From NCBI RefSeq assembly GCF_006345805.1, contig NC_043006.1, forward strand, positions 62,620,001 to 62,684,000: 64,000 nt of DNA, given 5' to 3'. Made by a program: the position numbers and the translations under genes. Under the pieces are notes generated by a model. It saw nothing but the letters and a program-made list of their open reading frames with translations, made no database searches and had not been told where the DNA came from. Of this stretch, positions 12,915 through 28,331 are shown piece by piece (position 1 is the first letter of the stretch; each line of letters begins with the position of its first letter). The DNA is from Octopus sinensis. Its lineage: Eukaryota.

Positions 12915-14779
12915 TGTGTGTATGTATATATATATATATGTGTGTGTATGTATATATATATTATATATATGTATATATGTGTGTGTGTGTGTGTATGTGT
13001 GTTATATTAAATAATTGATAGCGAATGCTTAGTGTAATGTAAGTATTATTTAGCACGACGATCATTTCAGCTTACATATACCCTGCTCCCTTGAATGCAT
13101 CCCACATTACAGAACAATCCTCATCGGTTTATGTAATACGGTACAGTGTTATAATATGTATATTTTGGTACTGTGTGTAGCAGGATGAAGTTGGTATGAT
13201 GCGTTTGTTTATAGTAGTTCACAAATCCCATAATGAGTCACTGTGGCTGGTATAAATTCGGAGAGTGGTAGGTAAAAACTACAAAACATCAAATACAAAG
13301 ATTAAATGGTAAGGCCACAATCGCTTTTCAATGGAAAGCGCTCTAAAGGTTGTGGGGTTTTTTGATAGCTCGTTATGCGTATCATTCGTGGCAAGCTGTC
13401 GAGAATTTACTGGGGGTTTGTTTTGCATCTTTGGTCTTTCTATGCAGATGTAAGCCAAAACGATCGTCGTGTTAAATAAAGCTTACAGTACATTCTGCCT
13501 TCACTATCAATCGTTTTAAATTTACTAAACGTGCACTGAGGAATTTCTTAACTGTATCCTGCGACGATGCGCAGTACGCCGCGGATGGCACCTGGTAGCC
13601 CTAAGTGCTGAACCTTCTCTCAAGGGAGATACCCCAAACAAGGTTTGGTTACTTCATTTAAAGTCTCCTATCTAAACTTAAATTAAGTGTCCCACCCGTG
13701 AATGATCGATGCTAAATGTGTCCAGACAATTGTCGTGATTAATAATAAATTCTCGTAGATTCCATCTGCCGTCTTTCATTTACTATGTGTGTGTGTGTTT
13801 GTATGCATTATTATGTATGTGTGAATATACATACTCATATATACACATGTGTATGCTCGTTTAGACATACATACGTATGTGTGAATCTCTCTCGCTATGA
13901 ATTTGTATATGTACACAGATATATTGAGGAAACTATGCATATATAAACGTGTATGTGAATGTTATAATACATATTTCATCCTTCTTTCTCAACAAACCCG
14001 CACGCACACATATGTATATACACACACATACATATAATACGCACATACGCACGCATACAAACATCCATGTATGTATATATATAAACACATCTGACATGTA
14101 GTATGACATATTTTGTCATATCAAATTGGAAGAATTCTCGAATTATTTTTGGCAAGCGAAGAGGCAAACAGCAATTTTGGAAATATAGCTGTCAATCAAA
14201 ACGGCGTATAGATTTTTTTTTCTCTTTACCCCTTAAAAGCTTTTAAGGAGCACTTTTTGTGCTGATATGATTCTTACATGTTGCGAAGAGATTCGATATA
14301 AATTACAAAAACGTACTTTTGCCCGTTATGGAACATATTCATGTTGCGTATGAATGTCAATAAATGAACAACTTCGTTGCGATTAATATCAATAATATAG
14401 ATAATTTTTCCGTGTACATTTACTACAAAAACATCTCAGCAATTTTTGGTAAAGTAGATCCATTTAGCTCATTTCTGATAAAAGACAGTATGGTCACGGT
14501 TGGAAAGCCTTTTGTAAAATACTTGCTCTATCAGGGCTTTCATGGGCCTGAATAGCAGTAAAAGTTTTAATAGCAAATAACGGACTCTATGCAGTAAGAC
14601 TAACTTATAGAGATCAGAAACATATCAGATAATAAACTACCAAATTGTGTGTTCTTGCGTGGAAATTGAGGTGACACATAGTAGAGTATGCATACTTTGA
14701 TATCGGAAAAACTGAGGTGGTCGTGGCTGGAGTGTCTTTGATGAGATATTTGTCATATTTTACACCTACATCTCCGAGA

Positions 14780-14842
14780 AGAAGACGAAGAAGAAGAAGA
14801 AGAAGAAGAGGAAGAAAAAGAAGTAGTAGCAGTAGTAGTAGC

Positions 14843-14901
<59 letters not shown>

Positions 14902-14942
14902 TAGTAGTAGTAGCAGCAGCAGCAGCAGCAGCAGCACTAGTA
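14780..14942. repeat. Compound (AAG)n-(TAG)n-(CAG)n microsatellite
   Basis: Seen directly; explains the poly-L/poly-S/poly-R ORFs. Confidence 0.95.
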
Positions 14943-17379
14943 GAAGGAAAAGGATAGCAACGAGCGAAAAGAAAATTATGATAGTGTAGGAAAAGGAGGA
15001 GAAAAGGTCGCCAAGAAGGGGATCTGAAAACGAAATTGAATAGGAATCTTAGTAGTAGTAGTAGTAGTAGCTGTGCTATTTATTGTTGTTGGTGTTGTTC
15101 TCTATGTTGATGTTCCATAGGTATCACAGAGGAGAGGAGTCAAGAAGAAAAGTTGAAAGCAGATAATGATGAACAGAATGAAATAAACAAGCCAAGCAAC
15201 AAAGGAAAAGTGAACAACATTAGTAAAGAAACAAACAAACAAACACACCCTAGTAATATGGCGCTGCGAACAATTGGATAAAACAGGTCAAACTATGTGA
15301 GGTGGATAAAAAGATTTTGCTGCCAATGGATTAGTTTATGAGAGACAATTTCAATGTTAAGCTTCCGTATCCAATCACCAATTAGACAATCGATAACTTT
15401 TTTTTGTTTTTGTTTTATTTGGGTATTTACGAATTTTTGTCGCAATGAATATAACCAGTAAAGTGAAGTGAAAAATGACCCATCCCAGGCACCCCCCCAC
15501 ATCTCTTCTAAATTTCATTTGTATGTATTTCTGAATGTTGTTTTTCATTGATCTAAATTCAATGAGACACACATAATGGCCGTCGAGCCAATAAGGGTGC
15601 CTCTGTGTCACCGCTGAAGCTGCTAGAAATAGAAGCTAAATCTCACTCAAATCACAATATATGTCTATAGAAAATACATCACTTTGAACATCGTAGTCTT
15701 TAAAATTGATTGTACACTGCGAATAGTTTATCTTCGGATTTATTTAGAATGCAGTAAATATAATATCAGACAAGATGAATAATTAACATGAAAATCCTTA
15801 CAGTTAATAGTTTCTATATTGCAGGCAACTGTTTTATATTTTGGGTAGTATTCCTAATGAGCTTGTTTTAGCGCCACCACCACTAACAACACCTGGTTAT
15901 TACAGTATTTAACAATGTTCAGTCTCTTTCGAGCAATCAAATCAGACCTCCCCATCGACATTTTCCTCTCAGCTCACGTTGTTTTCTGTTAACATTGATT
16001 TGCAGATGTTGGCAGCATGTTAGGTGCTACTCAAAAGGTCATGGGCACACCTCTCCTTCACTGATTAAATTATAAAAAAATCCTACATGAAATAATTTCT
16101 TCAGCTTCTTGTTTTGTGAACCAGCCATCATGCTTAAAAGTGATTATAATCAATATTGCTCCTACGAAATAAGAAACCTGTTATTTGTTGCTGAGGTATA
16201 AAAGTCTGAGATGTTTTGAGGAGGGGAAATTAAATTACGTGATATACATGCTTTTCTTAAGAATTACACTTATTAATCTATCTGATGTTGTATCAAGCTC
16301 TAAACACTGGTGACATTTATTCAGCAACTGTCTACTACCCACAAAAGTCTCAACTTTAGTGAATCGAAACAATATACAAAAAGAAAAAGTTACTCTGACA
16401 AGGTGTGATAGCAGAATGCAGGTAATCGCTGAATCTGGCACCGCTCAACGTCTCTGCCTTCCAATAACCAACTATCAACAAATAAGGATATTTAATTTTG
16501 AGAGAGATTACAGGTTTCTGCAGGCCAGTGGGAGCTTTATTAAAAGGGATTCTAATGTTACACCAGAAATTTTTAAAATTAGGATAATTTCCTCAGGGCC
16601 TGAACTCATAATACAATTGTGCATAATTGAATAGAACGGTAAATTTCATTCGTCACTTAATCGTTTCTAACAATAATGGTCCTAACTAGAATTGATAGTG
16701 ATTGGATTTCATTCACTTCTTAATTTTCAGTTTAATTATTTTTTCATAGTTTCCTTCTATCCCCCATGTAGCGCTAAAATAGAAATTTAGGAAACACTTT
16801 TTGCTACATATTTCCGTACTTGTCAACAGCGATTAATCGAATTAAAGAGTTTATCTACTTAGAAATTCTTAAAAGACTTCCATGTACAACATCATACTCA
16901 CGTTAAGTGATTAAGTTCAACAGTTGCCCACATCTCGACACAATCATATTACTAATACTTTCGGTAAAGTTACGTGGGAGGAAGTCATACAATTGCCAAT
17001 TTACCATAGCTTCACCAATACCATTCATACACAGATTCTACTCGGTTTGTTTAGCAGAAGATGGAAAAAATTGAAGCAAGCGATATTTAAACATCTCCAC
17101 ATCCCCATTATTCAAATTACTACTCTTGAAAGAACATTATAGCAGAGAACAGTGTTCCACTATTGTATGTACTGCACTCTATCTACAGAATCAGATGCTA
17201 CTGCTGTTTTTGGTAGTATTCCACCAAACTATAACAAAATTTAACCTTGAAAATGTCAATATTGTTGACGTAATCCATATCCTCTCTTAAAAACACGACA
17301 CCTATTTTATGGATTTATTTAGACATTAATTTATTCAAAATATCATTGTGCATGTGCTGGTGTGCAAATGTGTCTCTGT

Positions 17380-17464
17380 AATGGATATGTGTGTGTGTGC
17401 GCGCATGTATTTGTGCGCATATGCACACACATCTATATATGTATGTGCGCATAAACATATATAT

Positions 17465-17510
<46 letters not shown>

Positions 17511-17751
17511 GCGTAAATATGGGTATATGTGTACTCTCTATATAAATGTATATTCATATGTGTGTGAATGTGTATACATATATATAAAGATAGATTGACA
17601 TATATATACATATACATATATATATACGTGTGTGTGTGTGCGTGCATATATATATAAATATAAATATATATGTATATATATATATACATGTACATATGTA
17701 TATATATATACATATACATATGTATATATATATATACATATGTATATATGC

Positions 17752-17805
<54 letters not shown>

Positions 17806-17884
17806 GCATATACATATATGCATATATATATATATATATGCATATACATATATGTATATATATATGCATATACATATATGTATA

Positions 17885-17957
<73 letters not shown>

Positions 17958-18010
17958 TATACATATGCATAATATATATATACACACACACGCAGAAACA
18001 TATATGCGTA
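17380..18010. repeat. Long compound (TA)n/(CATA)n/(TG)n microsatellite field
   Basis: Seen directly; one of many similar fields in the window. Confidence 0.95.
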
Positions 18011-18293
18011 TGGTCTATTTTAGTATGCGTATGCTGGAGTATATGTTTTTTTCTGTAAATGGGTGTGTGAATATATGTATGTGAGTATTTATGTATTTAT
18101 TGATTTAATCATTCGTCAAGTGTTTTGCGAGATATTAAGTCAAATGGCACTTAACGAAACAGCTTCATTTCTAGTTTCTCATATTAGTTGCAGGTCTGTC
18201 TCTGTTAATTCCCTCACAGAATGGCAGGTACGTCCTTGAAAATCACTCCTGCGTAACACGTTTAATGATTCTATATCACCTTGTAAAGTTTAC

Positions 18294-18294
<1 letters not shown>

Positions 18295-18343
<49 letters not shown>

Positions 18344-18512
18344 TATTATTATTATTATTATTATTATCATTATTATCATTCTTATTATTATTATTATTAT
18401 TATTATTATCATCAATATGAACATCATGATGATGATCATCATTATCAGCATCAGCATCATCATCGTAATCATCATCATTATCATTATCATCATCATCATC
18501 ATCATCATCAAC
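18295..18512. repeat. (ATT)n/(ATC)n trinucleotide microsatellite
   Basis: Seen directly. Confidence 0.95.
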
Positions 18513-18942
18513 TCTCTGCAACATATAGCAAAAATGTAAAACAGGAATGAACACTTTTTTATTTTGTAATGTTTTGAGTATTGATTTTTGACTTTTCTTT
18601 CCATCTTAATGTAACGCATATAGTGTCATAATGATATGGTGGTGTGTTATGGCTCATTTGGAGAGATATTTTTCTAGCTCTTGTTTTTCTGTATATTTAT
18701 ATTTTGGAATGATATTGATGTAGTCTAATACTGCTTTGAATTCTGCACCAATGCATGGGATGGTTGCTAAGAAGCTATGCTTAAAAAAACGCGATTCCAT
18801 GTTCCATTACATGTCGGGGCACTATAGGTATGTAAATTAGGAATATGAGGGATTGAATATGCCGTGGATTCAGAGGTGTTCCTTTGTCCATAGACATACA
18901 GACACGCGCGCACGAACACATTACTTAGTAAATCGTATGATA

Positions 18943-19342
18943 GGCACAGGAGTGGGTGTGTGGTAAGTAGCTTGCTAACCAACCATATGGTTCCGGGTTC
19001 AGTCACACTGCGTGGCATCTTGGGAAGTGTCTTCTGCTATAGCCCCGGGCCGACCAATGTCTTGTGAGTGGATTTGGTAGACGGAAACTGAAAGAAGCCC
19101 GTCGTATATATGTATATATATATATGTATGTGTTTGTGTTTGTGTGTCTGTGTTTGTCCCCCTAGCATTGCTTGTCAACCGATGCTGGTGTCTTTACGTC
19201 CCCGTCACCTTGCGGTTCGGCAAAAAGAGACCGATAGAATAAGTACTGGGCTTACAATGAATAAGTCCCGGGGTCGATTTGCTCGACTAAAGGTGGTGCT
19301 CCAGCATGGCCGCAGTCAAATGACTGAAACAAGTAAAAGAGT
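18943..19342 (+). mobile_element. Full-length copy of the major bipartite tRNA-derived SINE (tRNA head, CORE-like segment, internal (TA)/(TG) microsatellite, 3' domain, aagagta tail)
   Basis: Head ggcacaggagtgggtgtgtggtaag...ggttccgggttcagtc, then catcttgggaagtgtcttc (CORE-like). About 12 related copies or half-copies occur in this window. Confidence 0.88.
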
Positions 19343-20540
19343 ATATACACTTGGTAGTTTACCGGTAAGGCACGTTCACTCTGAGTGTGGGTTGGGTATT
19401 CGATTAATGATAGTGACGAAATATGGAAGATACGAAAATCTTTATTGATTACAATTAATTCGACCGGTCTAATACCGATCCCTCGTGGGTGGCATTCTGA
19501 ACATTTGGTTTAGGTTCATCCCTCGGTGTAGATGTGTTTCCTTGTGTGATTTTAATAGGTATCTTTTTAAAATAAACTCTGTTTCTCAAGATTGCCTCTT
19601 AGTCTTCGTATATCGAAGTGGCAAATTTAGGTATACAGCTTCACTCTTATAGAAGATCGATAACAAATATCAGATACAAAAAGAAGCAAATACACAACAC
19701 AGCAAAACGTGTATTAGATACAAGCGTTAGTAGATTGGATGTAACAACACTCATACATACGTGGTCTGGCGCACGTATATTCGATCGTACAAATACACGC
19801 ACATACAGGCACAAATACACGCATGGTTTGGCACACATACGCTCGTACTCAGAATTAAGTAGACATTAATAATGCCAGTGGCTATTAGTGGCTGCTGATA
19901 CGACTCGGTTAGTGGGCAATTACAGACTCTGTTGTGCAATTCACTGGGTCTAGTGATTATTCATTTAGCAGTTGTACAGTCATAAGTACGAACATAAATA
20001 CTGATATTGTAGATGTATATTCTCTGACTGTAGAAAGCATCAATGCCAGGGAACACCATTGCAGACAGGTGTATTTTTTTTTGCATTTACATCGGAAGGT
20101 GAGAGATATTTATATAGAGACTCAAATGGGTATTTTTCTCACTTTAAACGGTAAACGATAGTCAAGGTGTATCCCCGTAATATTGGTAATTAGTGTGGCA
20201 TTGTGTTTAAAAGAATGCGGAGGTTGCGGTTATTCATCCATATATTAACGTAAAGTGTAGTTATTAATTTAGGTAACGATTATTCTAATTCATGTCCACT
20301 ATATTTTGCTAAAGTTAATTTAGTATCATGCAAGCAACTTGATAGTCTTTCAGAAGTCTTGTTAATCTGAAAGCTTGTCTACTGAAAATACACACCTAGA
20401 CTGGGGAATGCACCTAAACCAGATAATTAAGAATACCACTCGCGTGAGATCGAGGTAAGATGGTCACAACTGTAGTGACCAACAAAGACTCTCGTATCTT
20501 CCATATTCCGTCTCTCTCATTAATGAAATATATATGTATA

Positions 20541-20589
<49 letters not shown>

Positions 20590-20779
20590 GTACATTTAAA
20601 CACAAGAGAAACTACCTTTTAACAGGTAAGTTTACACGCTAGAAGAAGCAGTCAAAATGACCAAAACCTCATTTAAGAGCAAATTTGGAAGGGAATGAAA
20701 AATAGAAACTTTTACCTTGTTATTGTTTCACGGTTATACGTAGGTTTCAAATTTGTTTAGCAAGTAAAATAATTTGCTA

Positions 20780-20990
20780 GGCGAATTCTCATCAGTAACC
20801 GCGCCATAACATTAACATTAAACAGTCCTCCATAATCTACCAACATGCCAAAGACCAACATGGTGACAACTTGGGTCAACATGACAACCGCATCTTGTCC
20901 AAGCACCCAAAAGACCCAGCACTCAGACAAATACGGGTGTACGTCCTTATAAATGAAACTTCCCCCATACAGGAACGGTGCATATCCCCA
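20780..20990 (+). mobile_element. Penelope-like GIY-YIG endonuclease C-terminal relic
   Basis: LARRI...SIIYQHAKDQHGDNLGQHDNRILSKHPKDPALRQIRVYVLINETSP is a typical PLE endonuclease tail (H...H; R..E...I). Confidence 0.65.
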
Positions 20991-21080
20991 TACCCACAGT
21001 TTACATAGGTAGAGTAGAATAGTTAGTGAGATGTTATGTGGAGAAATGTATGTATGCGTGTGTTTGTGTGTGTATGTATA

Positions 21081-21122
<42 letters not shown>

Positions 21123-21794
21123 ATATTATATATATATATATGTATGTATATGCACATGTATGTAAGCATATGGATATGGAAATAAAAAGATCAACACAGA
21201 CGGATAGGTACATAGGTTATATGAACAGACAAACATACATACGCAAATGGAGACTGAAACACATGACCATATATACACACACACTTTACTTCACACAAGG
21301 AAACATATGGAGACACATGTTCACACATATGGAGATGCACATCCATACATACAAACACGGTACATAGTTGCCAAACACACACACACGCACTCAGACATGC
21401 ACACACAAGGAGACAGACGTACATACATATATAGGCACCCACACACACATACTTAAAAATTACACAAACACAGAAATGCAAGCACATGAATGATGCAGAA
21501 TACATACAGATGCACACACACACATACATACATACATACATGCATATATACGTAAATACATGCATAAATACATGCATGCATAGGCGCACACACATACACT
21601 GACCCACACACATATTCACAAGCAAAAAGAAACGCAGTATGAATAGCGGACACAGTCAAGAATACTGAAAAGGTTGCAAGACGCAACGAACATTTTAGGG
21701 AAATAAAAATATGTGTTAAATTACAAGGTTCAAACAGAAAATTACTCTCCCCAGATACAACCGCATATATACTTTTATTCTTTAATTCTTTTAT

Positions 21795-21981
21795 TGTTTC
21801 AGTCATGTGACTACGGCCATGCTGGAGCACCGCCTTTGGTCGAGCAAATCGACCCCAGGACGTATTGTTTGTAAGCCTAGTACTTATTCTATTGTTTTTT
21901 TCTGCCAAACCGCTAAGTTACGGGTACACACCAGCATCGGTTGTCAAGCGATGTTGGGGGGACAAACACAGACACACATAA

Positions 21982-21990
<9 letters not shown>
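21795..21990 (-). mobile_element. Major SINE, 3' half (further stubs at ~22065-22140 and an older 5' half at ~22445-22590)
   Basis: Reverse-complement match to 19150-19342. Confidence 0.85.
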
Positions 21991-22013
<23 letters not shown>

Positions 22014-22213
22014 TATATATATATTATATATATATATATATATATTTCTTTAATCCTTTACGTGTTTGAGTCATTTGATTACAGCCATGCCGGAGCAGCA
22101 CCTTTAGCCGAATATATCGACCCAAGGACTTATTTCTTGTAAGCGTAGTACTGTGTAGTATGTAGCCCATAGCTACATACCACACCGCTACGTGTACGCC
22201 CGTATACATACAT

Positions 22214-22252
<39 letters not shown>

Positions 22253-23389
22253 CCTATTGGATATTGGTACAATGCGTTCATTATGGTAGTTTTGCCTTTA
22301 AGAGTCCCTCTTGGCGTGAGGCATTTATGTATATTAATGCGCTTGATATAAATAAATATATTAAATATTGGCATATAGATTGGCAGTTACTGACATAGAT
22401 ACTTACTTACATACATATATATACATACATATATACATATACATATACACAGGCCTTCCACACAATTTCTGTCTACCAAATCCCCTCATACAGTATCTGT
22501 CAGTACGAAGCTATTACGGGAGTGCACAACGAGAGTGGAGCTGAATACCATTGCCTCAAAGCGAAATTCCTAACTACGCAACCATACATGTATGTTTTTA
22601 TAAATGAATGGTTGTTGGGGGGGGGGGTAGGTGTGTGTCTTTATATATATATATATACATATACATACATACATATACATATATATATATATATACATAC
22701 ATATACATATACATATGCATATATATATGCATATATATATATATATATATATGCATATGTGGTATCGACATTAGGAGATATACCGTCCCTACTATCATTC
22801 AATAAAAGATTACGTTGGGAGGTAATTATTGATCGATACCTCTTTAATATCAGTACCTATCAAGAAAGTTTCAAATTGTAAGCGGAAATGTTATTTCCTG
22901 TCTACGTATTTTTCATTCAATATTGTTAGTCACATATAAATGAGTTTATGAAATATGCTGACGCATAAGATAGAAACTTATAGGTGTAGATAAGCGTCGA
23001 ACATTTTTTTTTTTCTAATTCTTATATATATCAAAATAATTAATCTATAAATAGGTATCACCAAAACGGATGTTAAAGGCGGAAACATCTCTGTTCACCT
23101 TCTTCCTAAATTGATTGCAACCAGAAAAAGGATAAACTATTTTGTTTAACTCAACATTCAATGTCCTGAATCTTCTTCAACAGCGACATCTTAGAAGATG
23201 ATCATGTGATGGAAGGTAAAAAAAATTCCATAAATACATTTAATGTTGATTTCACTGATACGAGAACCATTGTAAAGTATTTTGCAAATAAACTGACGTT
23301 AGAGACTTTCTTAAATTTTCGGCTATTTACGTATATATGTGCTTTTATTAGCAAGGTGTATCTCAGTTTCTATGTTTGAACGAATATGG

Positions 23390-23436
<47 letters not shown>

Positions 23437-24243
23437 CGTATTTAATTTTCTTTCAAAACACATAGATAGCGTAGAAGTGCTGAGGTCGAACCTGAGGCGT
23501 TAGATAATTATAAAGAATACAATAGAAAAAGTTCAAATCAAGCAGACAGTGATTAACACATACACATACAGTTTTACTTGAGTTATAATAAGAATTGCCC
23601 AAGCTGAAACACATATTCATATATCAAAACTATATAAATATATAAATATAAAAAATATATGAATACTAAAAATATACATATATAAACATAATAATAATGG
23701 AATATAGATAAAAATAATAATAGAATATAGATAAAAACCGTATTTAAAAATTAAAATATCGTGTAGAGAAAGTAATAGGTATTAAAATAGTTATAGGTTA
23801 TATGTTAAAAGAAAATACAGTATTCTAACGATCGTTTCTGGAGATCGTTCGTCCAAATTAAAGATGAATCTTAAGGGTCATTGTCAGAGAATGCCCCTTC
23901 ATCACGGAAAAATAATGTGTGCATCTTCCTTCTTTTATATTATATCAAATAAATTATATAATAATTGACATGACCCTCATCACTTCACACATAGAATAAG
24001 ATAAACATGAAACTCATAGTTCCAACACTCTTCTCTTTTTGTTAAGTTCCTATTACTATTTCTCTGCACCGATGAGTACTATGATAATTTGCAAATTTAA
24101 AAATGAATTTCTATCTATGTACGAAACAATTGCATGCATGAATAAACTCTATACATCTTTTTAACATCTTATCTCCTCCATTTTTGACAAATATTATTTG
24201 ATTTGTTGAACGTCATTGCATAAATTAATCAGACACTTAATAT

Positions 24244-24277
<34 letters not shown>

Positions 24278-25335
24278 GTTATATATATATATAAACTGTA
24301 TGTATATATACACGCACATACGCTCACACACAGGTGTGTGTATATCTGTATGCATGTGTGTGTGTCTGTATGTATGTGTGTGTGTGTGTATCTGTGTGTG
24401 TACGCACCGTTGCATTCACCATGTACCTAATTGAAAGAGTTCCGTGGGTGGTTGCTATTGATCACATTACTTCACGTATCAATGACTAACATCAGAAAGT
24501 CTAAATTGAATGCTGAAATGATATTTCCTGACTAAGTTCCATCTTCAATATTTCTAGTCGCGTGCGAATGATTATATGGAACACGATGACGTATAAGCTG
24601 TCTAACGTCACTTCTCGAAAGTCGATTATTTGGGTATTTAGTAAACTTATATAGAATTTTAAATAGTTATCGACTAAATACATGTAAGAAGTGCATGTTT
24701 AAAGTAGGAAAGATTGATTTTCGTTCATCACGAAGATGATTAAAAATATAAATGAGATAATATTATAATATAGTGTAATTTCAACTCTCTCGGCTGCATA
24801 TTCATCAACAGTAGTATTTACGATTTCAGTAACTTTTGGCTATTCTTAAACACCTACGAGAGGAGGGAGGGGGAGGAGGAGGGGTTATGCAAATAAGAAA
24901 CTTTGTTGTTGCATTTCGTTTTTGCGTTGATGTGAATTCGTATGTTGAAATAAATCATGTTGTGTGTTGGGAGGACCTTTATTTCAATAATAATAATACA
25001 CACAGTGGTTTAATATCACTTCTTTATTGATACTATATTGATTCGCAAACAGCCAAACAACCGATTGATTGTTTCCCCAGTGTATTAAGCAAATGATCGA
25101 TTTCTAAGTTGGTTAGACTATTAACTAACTGACTAATAATAAATGATATTGTACCAGTGCGTGTGTTGCTTTTATTATTGACCTAACAACTCTCGCAAAC
25201 ACAAAAAAAACCTGTTTTGACATATTGTCTTTTTGAATATTTAACTATTTCATTGTGTGAAGGCATCAAAACCTTTGATTGAATCAAAATTATAATTATT
25301 TTAGGCATGATACAGTAGCTTTAGTTGCAAGTGTA

Positions 25336-25375
<40 letters not shown>

Positions 25376-26775
25376 TGTGTGTGTATGTGTGTGTGTGTGT
25401 GAGTGTGTGTGTGTGTGCGTGTTGAGAGAGAGAGAAAGAGAAAGATGACAGAGAGGAGGAGAGAAAGAATGAAAAACAAAGGAAGAGAGAAAGAGTGAGA
25501 AAGAGAGCGGAAGTGAGGAGACAATTTAATTAAAGTAACAGATCTAATTCATATCTCAGGACCAGCGGAAGATATGCACAAAGCAAAAAACTGTATCGAT
25601 TTTTTTTTACTCGTTTTTGACCAAAGCTATTTCAAAGGCACATTCGTGACAGGGAAATTTTTACTCCGAGCATTTTGGCGACAAATAAAAGACTTATAGT
25701 TATTTATTACTGTCGTTTCTATCTGAATTTCAAAGACGTTCACCAGTTTCTTATACTGATTTATTATCGATTCTGGAGCATATGAATTAAAGATACCATC
25801 ACTTGCATGTGATTTAGGCACACTAAACATCGTTAACTACATATGCTTGCATATTTGCATGATGCTACATTCAATAGCATCAACTGCAGTATTTGATCGG
25901 TATTCATCGAATAACTTCGAAAGGTCAAGCACGGCCTTCTCTGGATTTAGCACAAAATGCAAATATTTGAAACAAATCAGTCGATATATTTTGCACTACA
26001 GTTCAATATATTCTAGAGACGCTCCTGTAAACATGCGAGTGAATTGCATGAACAGTATTACTTTGCACTAAATACCTCACAGTATTGAGTGTCAACTGTC
26101 TACGGTCTTTATTCGAACGCGGCTACTGTAAACGATTATTGCTTTTCATTAATATTAGATTCATGTCAATACTCTATGCCTGGGTCGAATTTTCGGCTCA
26201 AGCTCATGAGAGTGTTATATATCTCTTTTAATCAAGCGATCAGATCATAAATGTTCCGCTGGATAAATAATGATGGGAGCCTGCTCACCGAAATATTTCT
26301 CACCACAACTTTTCTCCTCTCTAACGATTTCTCTTTTTTTCATATCCATTTGGCGATTTCTTCCAGGCGTTACCCATCGAACTAGCGTTTGGCCGAAAGG
26401 CTTTCTTTATAGTCTTTGTCTATCGTTTCAAATTACATTCGTTTACTTTTCTACGTCCAACCTGTATTGTCTTGTTTGCTCGAGCCCTAATTCTATGTAG
26501 ACCTTGCGGGTGCCGCCGCTATACGAAGTTCTCCGTCTTATCGTTAAAGGCACGAAACCGTGTCTTAATATTTTTCATCACCCCGTTAACTTGATGAAGT
26601 ATTACGGTCCTTCTGTGTCTATCCAACTTATTTTTGTAGTATTTAATACATTTCTAACATATATATATATATATATTATATATTATATATGTATGCATGA
26701 TGTATGTATTAGTATGTATTTATATATATATATATATATTATATTATCTATATATAATATATATATAATATCTAT

Positions 26776-27393
26776 GCATTAACACAAAAGCAAAATAAAT
26801 ATAGATTTATAAATATCTGCACAATATTTCAGTATGTGTCTATTTGTATGTGTATATATCTGTGTGGATGTATGTAATAGAAGTGTATACTCATATATGT
26901 ATATATGTGAGTGTATATAAAGACTAAACAAATGTATACATTATACATATCTATATATGTATGTATGTACATATTATGATATAGATATATATATATATAT
27001 ATACATACATTCATACATGCATACATACATAGATGCATACATACAAATGTATACATACATACATACATATACATACGTACATAAATCTATATTAGACATA
27101 TACAATCAGTATATACAAATTTCTGAAAATGAGAATGAAAATAGGTTCGGAGGTTAAGAAACAGACTCATATCTATAGCATGATAAAATTTTACTGCTGA
27201 CTTTGCCTGTAGAAACTTTAAGTAATAGAGAGAATGTTGTTTATGGCAAGATTACAACTCTGTTCTTATCTTGAATTCTTCAGGAGCTGGATCGATTCAT
27301 TCGAAGTCAATTGAGTCATTGCTGAAATCATTTTCTTTTTATTATTTTGCAGCCTGAAGGTTTAAACAGACAGATGCATACACAGGCGCATAT

Positions 27394-27426
<33 letters not shown>

Positions 27427-27477
27427 TATATGTATATATGTATGTATGTATTTATATATATATATATATATATATAG

Positions 27478-27532
<55 letters not shown>

Positions 27533-27782
27533 CATATATATGTATGTATGTAAGTATGTATGTATGTATGTATGTATATATATATAGCATTAACACAAAA
27601 GCAAATATAAATATAGATTTATAAATATCTGCACAATATTTCAGTATGTGTCTATTTGTATGTGTATATATCTGTGTGGATGTATGTAATAGAAGTGTAT
27701 CTCATATATGTATATATGTGAGTGTATATAAAGACATAAACAAATGTATACATTATACATATATATATATGTATGTATGTAC

Positions 27783-27823
<41 letters not shown>

Positions 27824-28215
27824 CATTCATACATGCATACATACATAGATGCATACATACAAATGTACATACATACATACATATATACATACGTACATAA
27901 ATCTATATAGACATATACAATTCAGTATATACATAATTTTCTGAAACATGAGAATGAAAATAGGTTCGGAGGTTAAGAAACAGACTCATATCTATAGCAT
28001 GATAAAATTTTACTGCTGACTTTGCCTGTAGAACCTTTAAGTAATAGAGAGAATGTTTTATGTGCAAGATTACAACTCTGTTCTTATCTTGAATTCTTCA
28101 GGAGCTGGATCGATTCATTCGAAGTCAATTGAGTCATTGCTGAAATCATTTTCTTTTTATTATTTTGCAGTCTGAAGGTTTAAACAGACAGATGCATAAC
28201 AGGCGCATATATATA
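26776..28215. repeat. Tandem duplication, unit ~811 bp (26776.. and 27587..)
   Basis: Unique sequence gcattaacacaaaagc...cagatgcat.acaggcgc is repeated at an offset of 811, differing mainly by 1-2 nt indels. Confidence 0.9.
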
Positions 28216-28262
28216 TGTATGTATTATGTATGTATGTTGTAGTATGTATGTATGTATGTATG

Positions 28263-28331
<69 letters not shown>

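Noticed and set aside
14614-14989. Poly-Leu and poly-Arg/Ser ORFs
   Set aside because: They coincide exactly with the (AAG)(TAG)(CAG) microsatellite; the flanks have no coding signal.
18943-19020. tRNA gene
   Set aside because: It has only A/B-box-like motifs without a cloverleaf and is the head of a multi-copy SINE. The same applies to the other SINE heads and the B-box stub near 55640-55670.
20745-20800. Minus-strand CUGAUGA...GAAAC hammerhead-like spacing
   Set aside because: There is no stem III or GUH site, and the motif overlaps the coding relic of a GIY-YIG domain on the other strand.
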